A stretch of DNA of 58,693 nt from an uncultured bacterium (lineage in GTDB: Bacteria > Desulfobacterota_D > UBA1144 > Nemesobacterales > UBA2774): NCBI GenBank assembly GCA_963705505.1, contig CAVPJU010000007.1:1-58693 (forward strand). Direction: 5' to 3'. Of the stretch, positions 53,980 through 58,693 are shown one piece after another. Below the pieces are notes generated by a model. The model was not told the origin of the DNA, did no database searches, and worked only from the letters and a program-made list of their open reading frames with translations. The translations under genes were made by a program, and so were the position numbers. Numbering within the stretch: the stretch's first letter is position 1; every line of letters begins with the position of its first letter.

Positions 53980-55203
53980 TCAAACTTTATATCCATTGAG
54001 CTTGAGCATAAGTTGATTCAGGTATTCCGAGCCCGAATCTGCTATCCGATTCTTGATTTTTTTCCATTCATCGATTGGGATTTCTACAAATATATTGACC
54101 ACTCGGGGATCGAACTGGGAGCCTGAAGCTTCGGATATCCTCCGCACGGCATCCTCGAATGAAAGAGCCTGCCTGTAACTTCTTCTGGAAGTCATAGCAT
54201 CAAGGGCGTCCACTACAGAAAATATCCTCGCACCGAGCGGTATATCATCCTTCGACATCCCAGCCGGATACCCTTGTCCGTCGTATCTCTCATGATGAGT
54301 ATGAACTATCGTAGCCGACTCCTCCAGAAAATCTAAGTTCTTAAGAAGCCCGTAGCCGAATTCCGCATGCTTCCTCATCAGTTCCCATTCTTCATCGGTG
54401 AGCTTGTCCGGCTTGAGCAGGATATGGTCGGGGATGCCGATCTTCCCGATATCGTGCAGGAGAGCGCCTTTGGCTATCACCGACAACTCTTCATCGGTCA
54501 GCTTCGCATGTTTTCCGAGATTGACCGCGTACTCGGTGACCCTGTATGAGTGAAAACCCGTTTCATTCTCCCTCAAGTCAAGCGCGAGTATCATGGCTTC
54601 GAGTGTTCCGAAATACGCTCGTACAAGCTCATTCTGCTGCTCCCTTATTGCCTGAGTCGCCTCCTGAACCTTATCATTCAATGTCTCATTGAATTTTTTT
54701 GTCTGATTGATGAGCTCGAGATTGCTTCTGTGCGTGTCTTCGATATTCTGCAGCATTTCGTTAAAGGAACCTGCCAGTATCCAAATCTCGTCCGCTTCCC
54801 CCGCATTCTCGATCCTGAAGGAATAATCACCTTTCTTAACTGTCTTCGTCGCTGATATAAGGCGCTCTATTGGTTTTGTGATCTTGGAGGGAAAGAGAAT
54901 CGTTATTATTCCGCCGAAAACAAGCGACAAGCCTACTATGATAAGCATATACGTATAGTTGTATTTCAACTGTTCATCCACCAGCGTTACAGCACGATCA
55001 ACGATCTCTTTTCCGAAGCCGGGGTCTGATTGTATTTGACTATCGGGACTCGAGAACAATTTATACAACGTGGAATAGCGCCCTTCAAGATTCGAAGCTG
55101 CTTCGTTCAATTTGTACACGTTGAATATAAAAAGCCCCCCGATGATCAACATAAGAACCAGCATGAGGCCGAACCCGAGTCTGATCCGCTTACTGAGATT
55201 CAA
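53980..55203 (-). CDS. membrane-anchored HAMP + HD-GYP cyclic-dinucleotide phosphodiesterase
   Basis: 2 TMs, HAMP (ITKPIERL...DEI..LAGSFNEM), HSYRV, LLHDIGK, HHERYDGQGYP. Confidence 0.9.
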   Translation of the reverse strand: MNLSKRIRLGFGLMLVLMLIIGGLFIFNVYKLNEAASNLEGRYSTLYKLFSSPDSQIQSDPGFGKEIVDRAVTLVDEQLKYNYTYMLIIVGLSLVFGGIITILFPSKITKPIERLISATKTVKKGDYSFRIENAGEADEIWILAGSFNEMLQNIEDTHRSNLELINQTKKFNETLNDKVQEATQAIREQQNELVRAYFGTLEAMILALDLRENETGFHSYRVTEYAVNLGKHAKLTDEELSVIAKGALLHDIGKIGIPDHILLKPDKLTDEEWELMRKHAEFGYGLLKNLDFLEESATIVHTHHERYDGQGYPAGMSKDDIPLGARIFSVVDALDAMTSRRSYRQALSFEDAVRRISEASGSQFDPRVVNIFVEIPIDEWKKIKNRIADSGSEYLNQLMLKLNGYKV

Positions 55204-55456
55204 TTAACTTACCACCCAACCCCCATCGAATCATAAGTAAAGATAATTCTACCCGCTTTCATACTAAAAATTAAATCTTTTCAAAAGTGAAATTAACAAT
55301 CTCTGAATCTTCGAAAAAAGCCGACATCGTCCGGTTTCAAATCAGTCATAGGAACTTTCCCTTCAGGGGTGGAGATTAAGGTGTCGAAAGAGGTGGACCC
55401 CAAAATTCGGACAGGTAGTTAAGGTGTAAAATACCGAATTAAGGAGGTTCACAGGA

Positions 55457-55744
55457 ATGAGCAAGAACAAGCGGAAGAGGTATTCGGCGGAGTTCAAGGC
55501 AAAGGTATCCCTTGAGGCACTGAAGGGCGAGAGCACAGTTCAGGAACTGGCAAGCCGCTTTGGAATCCACCCCAATATGATAGCGCAGTGGAAGCGGCAG
55601 GCTATAGAGGGCATGGCGGAATCGTTCAGGAGCAAGTCCGAGCGTAGTGACGCTCTCAGCGAGGAGCAGGTAAAGGAACTCCACGCGAAGATAGGGCAAC
55701 TGACGGTGGAGCGTGATTTTTTAGCCAAGGCCTTCGGTCGTTGA
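55457..55744 (+). CDS. IS3 transposase OrfA (HTH)
   Basis: RKRYSAEFKAKV...LASRFGIHPN...WK. Confidence 0.9.
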   Translation: MSKNKRKRYSAEFKAKVSLEALKGESTVQELASRFGIHPNMIAQWKRQAIEGMAESFRSKSERSDALSEEQVKELHAKIGQLTVERDFLAKAFGR

Positions 55745-56607
55745 GCCACGTTCGAAGGAAAGGCATGGTTGAGACAAAGCATCCAAGGCTCAGCATTGCA
55801 CGTCAATGCGACCTGCTAAGCATAAGCCGCTCGTCTTACTATTACGAAGAGCGTGGAGAGAGTCTGTTCAACCAGGAGCTCATGCGGTTGGTAGATGAGC
55901 AATTTCTTGATACGCCCTATTATGGGGGAAGGCTGATGGCTAAGCATCTCAAGCGTACGGGCTATCGTGTTAACAGAAAGCGCATACGGAGGCTCATGCT
56001 CAGGATGGGGCTTGAAGCCATATACCAGAAGCCTAATACGAGCAAGCCTCATCCAGAGCATAAGGTGTATCCCTATCTGTTAGGGGGTGTGGATATTGTC
56101 AGGCCGAACCAGCTCTGGTGTGCCGACATAACGTACATACCCATGCGCAGGGGTTTTCTGTACCTGGTGGCGGTGATGGACTGGTACAGCCGCAAGGTCC
56201 TCTCATGGAGACTCAGTAACACGCTTGAGTCGGAGTTCTGTGTTTCGGCCCTGGAGGAGGCTCTGGGGAAGTATGGAACTCCCGAGATATTCAACACCGA
56301 CCAGGGAAGCCAGTTCACAAGCCTTGACTTTACCCGGACGCTGAATGAAGCTTCGGTGCGTATCTCAATGGACGGCAAGGGCAGATGGAAGGACAATATT
56401 ATGATAGAGAGGCTCTGGCGGACACTTAAGTACGAGTGCGTCTACATAAATGCCTTCGAGGGGGGAAGCGAGGCCAGAGAGGGCATCGGAAGGTGGGTTG
56501 AGCTTTACAACAGGAAGCGTCCACATTCAAGTCTGGACGACAGGACCCCATATGAGGCATACTTTGCATTACCAGGGGCTGGATACTCAGCTCCGGGGGC
56601 GGCATGA
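55741..56607 (+). CDS. IS3 transposase OrfB (DDE)
   Basis: WCADITY, NTDQGSQF, DNIMIERLWRTLKYE; TTGA overlap with OrfA. Confidence 0.92.
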   Translation: MSHVRRKGMVETKHPRLSIARQCDLLSISRSSYYYEERGESLFNQELMRLVDEQFLDTPYYGGRLMAKHLKRTGYRVNRKRIRRLMLRMGLEAIYQKPNTSKPHPEHKVYPYLLGGVDIVRPNQLWCADITYIPMRRGFLYLVAVMDWYSRKVLSWRLSNTLESEFCVSALEEALGKYGTPEIFNTDQGSQFTSLDFTRTLNEASVRISMDGKGRWKDNIMIERLWRTLKYECVYINAFEGGSEAREGIGRWVELYNRKRPHSSLDDRTPYEAYFALPGAGYSAPGAA

Positions 56608-56674
56608 TTATGAGGCGGCAAATCCACCTTAAATCAGCCCCAAAACTGTCCAACATTTGGGGTCCACCTCTGAA

Positions 56675-56845
56675 TTACATACAGATAATCACGTTGCTCT
56701 GGGCATTTGCGGTCGTGAGATTGAGTTTTTGATTAAGCATCATTACGGAAATAACGGTCGGAATTATGAATGCGCCTTTCGTAACCTTCTCCAAGAACTC
56801 GCGTCTTTCGGGGTTAACGTTATCCAGAAATTTTTTATCTGCCAT
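56675..56845 (-). CDS. 56-aa twin-arginine-like precursor peptide, copy 1
   Basis: GGAGG RBS; MADKKFLDNVNPERREFLEKVTKGAFIIPTVISVMMLNQKLNLTTANAQSNVIICM; paralog differs mostly at synonymous sites. Confidence 0.85.
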   Translation of the reverse strand: MADKKFLDNVNPERREFLEKVTKGAFIIPTVISVMMLNQKLNLTTANAQSNVIICM

Positions 56846-56885
56846 GGAACTATCCTCCGTCATATTCCGGAAATGTTTATTTCAC

Positions 56886-56914
56886 ATTATATCACGGGCG
56901 TTTTTACCCGTAAA
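56886..56914 (-). promoter_or_regulatory. extended -10 sigma70 promoter of peptide 1
   Basis: TTTACG-17 bp-TATAAT with TGn; conserved before peptide 2. Confidence 0.7.
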
Positions 56915-57112
56915 GCGGAAACCGCTCCCTGATTAAGTCTCTCAACAAATATCAGAGATTAAAGGTGACTTGGATTCTTCGTATTATTAAGGTTAAGCCG
57001 TAAAGTACATGTTTTGGGGTAGGAATAAGGGGGGGGGGTGAAATGAGTATGCCTCTCCAGTTATATTCGCGCTGACATTTCTTTCAATACCATTTTAACC
57101 AGAATCTCAAAA

Positions 57113-57141
57113 TTGACATGGTAAAATTGATTCGCTAGTAT
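57113..57141 (+). promoter_or_regulatory. sigma70 promoter of oxygenase copy 2
   Basis: TTGACA-17 bp-TAGTAT, as for copy 1. Confidence 0.7.
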
Positions 57142-57183
57142 TTGCTCAGATAATCTATAACCCTTTTCTTCCGGGAACTCTGA

Positions 57184-57786
57184 TTGGAAAAAGATTCTGA
57201 TACCGCGTTTGGACTATTTGCAAAAAAGAACTTCCTAGACGATGAGCTATGTAAAAAAATCCGGCTGGAAATGTCTTCGTCAAAGGGGAGCCCGGGAGGT
57301 TTCTTAAAAACAAATGAACGTCTGCTCGATGAAAATGTTCGCAGGACTGTGGAGAAAGAGGTATCAAAAGACACCCGCGTCCTACTGAGAGATAAATTAT
57401 CAGGCATCACAGAAGAGCTTGCAACCTATTTCGATATAACTCTCTCGCACCCGCAAGACCCCAAGTTCCTATACTACAGAGAGGGCGATTTCTTTCAGCG
57501 TCACATCGATAAAGGTACGAACCCTCAAAACCCGCAGGAAATAAAAGACCGTAAGGTATCGACAGTCATATTTCTAAACGATGAAATGGAAATTCCGGAA
57601 AATAATGCTTACACCGGAGGCTCTTTCATCATATACGGAATACTTAACATACCTCGTTTCGAATCTCACGGGTTTAAAGTGTCGGGCACTGCGGGCATGT
57701 TAATTGCTTTTCGCTCTGAACTCTTTCATGAGGTTACGCCCGTAACTAGCGGGGTGAGATATACGGTGGTCGACTGGTTTGCTTGA
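57184..57786 (+). CDS. 2OG-Fe(II) oxygenase, copy 2, 200 aa (TTG start)
   Basis: RHID...FHEV...GVRY; paralog of 316-918. Confidence 0.88.
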   Translation: MEKDSDTAFGLFAKKNFLDDELCKKIRLEMSSSKGSPGGFLKTNERLLDENVRRTVEKEVSKDTRVLLRDKLSGITEELATYFDITLSHPQDPKFLYYREGDFFQRHIDKGTNPQNPQEIKDRKVSTVIFLNDEMEIPENNAYTGGSFIIYGILNIPRFESHGFKVSGTAGMLIAFRSELFHEVTPVTSGVRYTVVDWFA

Positions 57787-58027
57787 CGACGAATCCGCTT
57801 AAGCACACTGACGTATGCCTGTCGCCGGGAGGGCCCCAGTTTTCTCACATCATTTAAATTGAGAGACATAATAAATGACTATCGGGTACTGAGACTTTCG
57901 ATACCATTTCAATCGGTATTATAACCTTATTCCCGTCCATATCTAAAGTAAATACAGACACCCCCGGTATCAAATCGGTTATAGAAACTTTCCCTTCAGA
58001 GGTAGAGATTAATGAGTCGAATGACAA

Positions 58028-58195
58028 TCACATCACGACAACATTGCTCTGAGCATTTGCGGTGGTAAGGTTGAGCTTCTGGTTAAGCATCATAACGGAT
58101 ATAACTGTCGGGATGATGAATGCGCCCTTGGTGACTTTCTCCAGGAATTCACGTCTTTCAGGATTAATGTTATCCAGAAATTTCTTGTCCTTCAT
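58028..58195 (-). CDS. 55-aa twin-arginine-like precursor peptide, copy 2
   Basis: GGAGGG RBS; MKDKKFLDNINPERREFLEKVTKGAFIIPTVISVMMLNQKLNLTTANAQSNVVVM. Confidence 0.85.
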   Translation of the reverse strand: MKDKKFLDNINPERREFLEKVTKGAFIIPTVISVMMLNQKLNLTTANAQSNVVVM

Positions 58196-58245
58196 GGCAC
58201 TACCCTCCGTTATATTCGGGCTAATTGTGGGAAAGCCCAATCCCC

Positions 58246-58274
58246 AGTATATCACGGGTACATTTTCCAGTAAA
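58246..58274 (-). promoter_or_regulatory. extended -10 sigma70 promoter of peptide 2
   Basis: TTTACT-17 bp-TATACT with TGn. Confidence 0.7.
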
Positions 58275-58279
58275 GCGGA

Positions 58280-58693
58280 TGTATAGGTTCAGGACATATG
58301 AGACAAATTTGAGGGGTAATTGGTATGGATAATGCCCTTGTCTTTGAGAAATTGCAATGGCGTCCTGTAGCCCAGTGCCTGATGAGGTCTGACGCAGTTG
58401 TAGATGTAGTTCCAATGACTAAGTTCTTTATTGAGTTCAGGCACAGTCCAAGGACAATCATTGACCTCATAGAACTCCTCCGTATGGGTTCTCTGTGCCC
58501 TCTCTACACACCCATTAAGCTTTGGACTCTTTGGAGGTAATACGAATAATTTTATTCCTGTTCTTTGGCACTCCTGCTCGAACTCTGAGTAAAACTCTAT
58601 CCTCCATCAACCTGTATAGCTTTTATCTTAAATGGCATACCTCTGTGAACTGTATCCAAAAACTCTTTTGCTGTCCTTGAGGTTGCTCGAGTT
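58280..58693 (-). mobile_element. IS481-like element, end with transposase C-terminus (runs off window; one frameshift)
   Basis: Minus strand reads KAIQVDGG.EF...PPKSPKLNGCVERAQRT...YNCVRPHQALGYRTP, stop 58289-58291; TGT terminus at 58280. Confidence 0.78.

Larger units (their letters stand above)
55389..56671 (+). mobile_element. IS3-family insertion sequence, complete
   Basis: 26-bp imperfect IRs AGAGGTGGACCCCAAA...GGACAG at 55389 and 56671; GAA target duplication at 55386-55388 and 56672-56674. Confidence 0.92.

Noticed and set aside
56675..56700. CaaX prenylation signal in peptide 1
   Set aside because: The Cys is penultimate (IICM), not at -4, and is absent from peptide 2.
58252..58540. 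ORFs 58325-58540 (+) and 58252-58470 (-)
   Set aside because: Shadow frames of the IS481-like transposase.

Overview
Bacterial, accessory-rich window with many single-base frameshifts, probably long-read or MAG indel errors (inference). (1) 0.3-3.4 kb: a 2OG-Fe(II) oxygenase, a candidate stand-alone sRNA, a HExxH lipoprotein and a divergent O-antigen-ligase-like gene. (2) 3.8-25.8 kb: a Wzx/Wzy-type polysaccharide operon headed by a c-di-GMP-I riboswitch. It encodes Wza, Wzc, a UpxY/RfaH-type antiterminator, UDP-sulfoquinovose synthase, three methyltransferases, a formyltransferase and a PglF/aminotransferase/PglC-like initiation module, and has an AT-rich core. (3) 26-47 kb: a P1B ATPase-hemerythrin fusion, a STAND NTPase, an M49-like peptidase, Hpt, DUF4301, a multi-PAS hybrid kinase and several Cys-rich lipoproteins. 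(4) 48-58.7 kb: stacked islands delimited by three decaying tRNA-Asp 3' fragments, carrying a pentameric ligand-gated channel, DUF3300/DUF2950, an HD-GYP protein and IS3/IS481 elements. Best candidate for a new system: two 55-56 aa twin-arginine-like precursor peptides under strong purifying selection, with a constant leader and variable C-terminal tail. They flank a 2OG-Fe(II) oxygenase that has a paralog at the other end of the window and sit beside a membrane HD-GYP protein, suggesting a RiPP or peptide-signal module.
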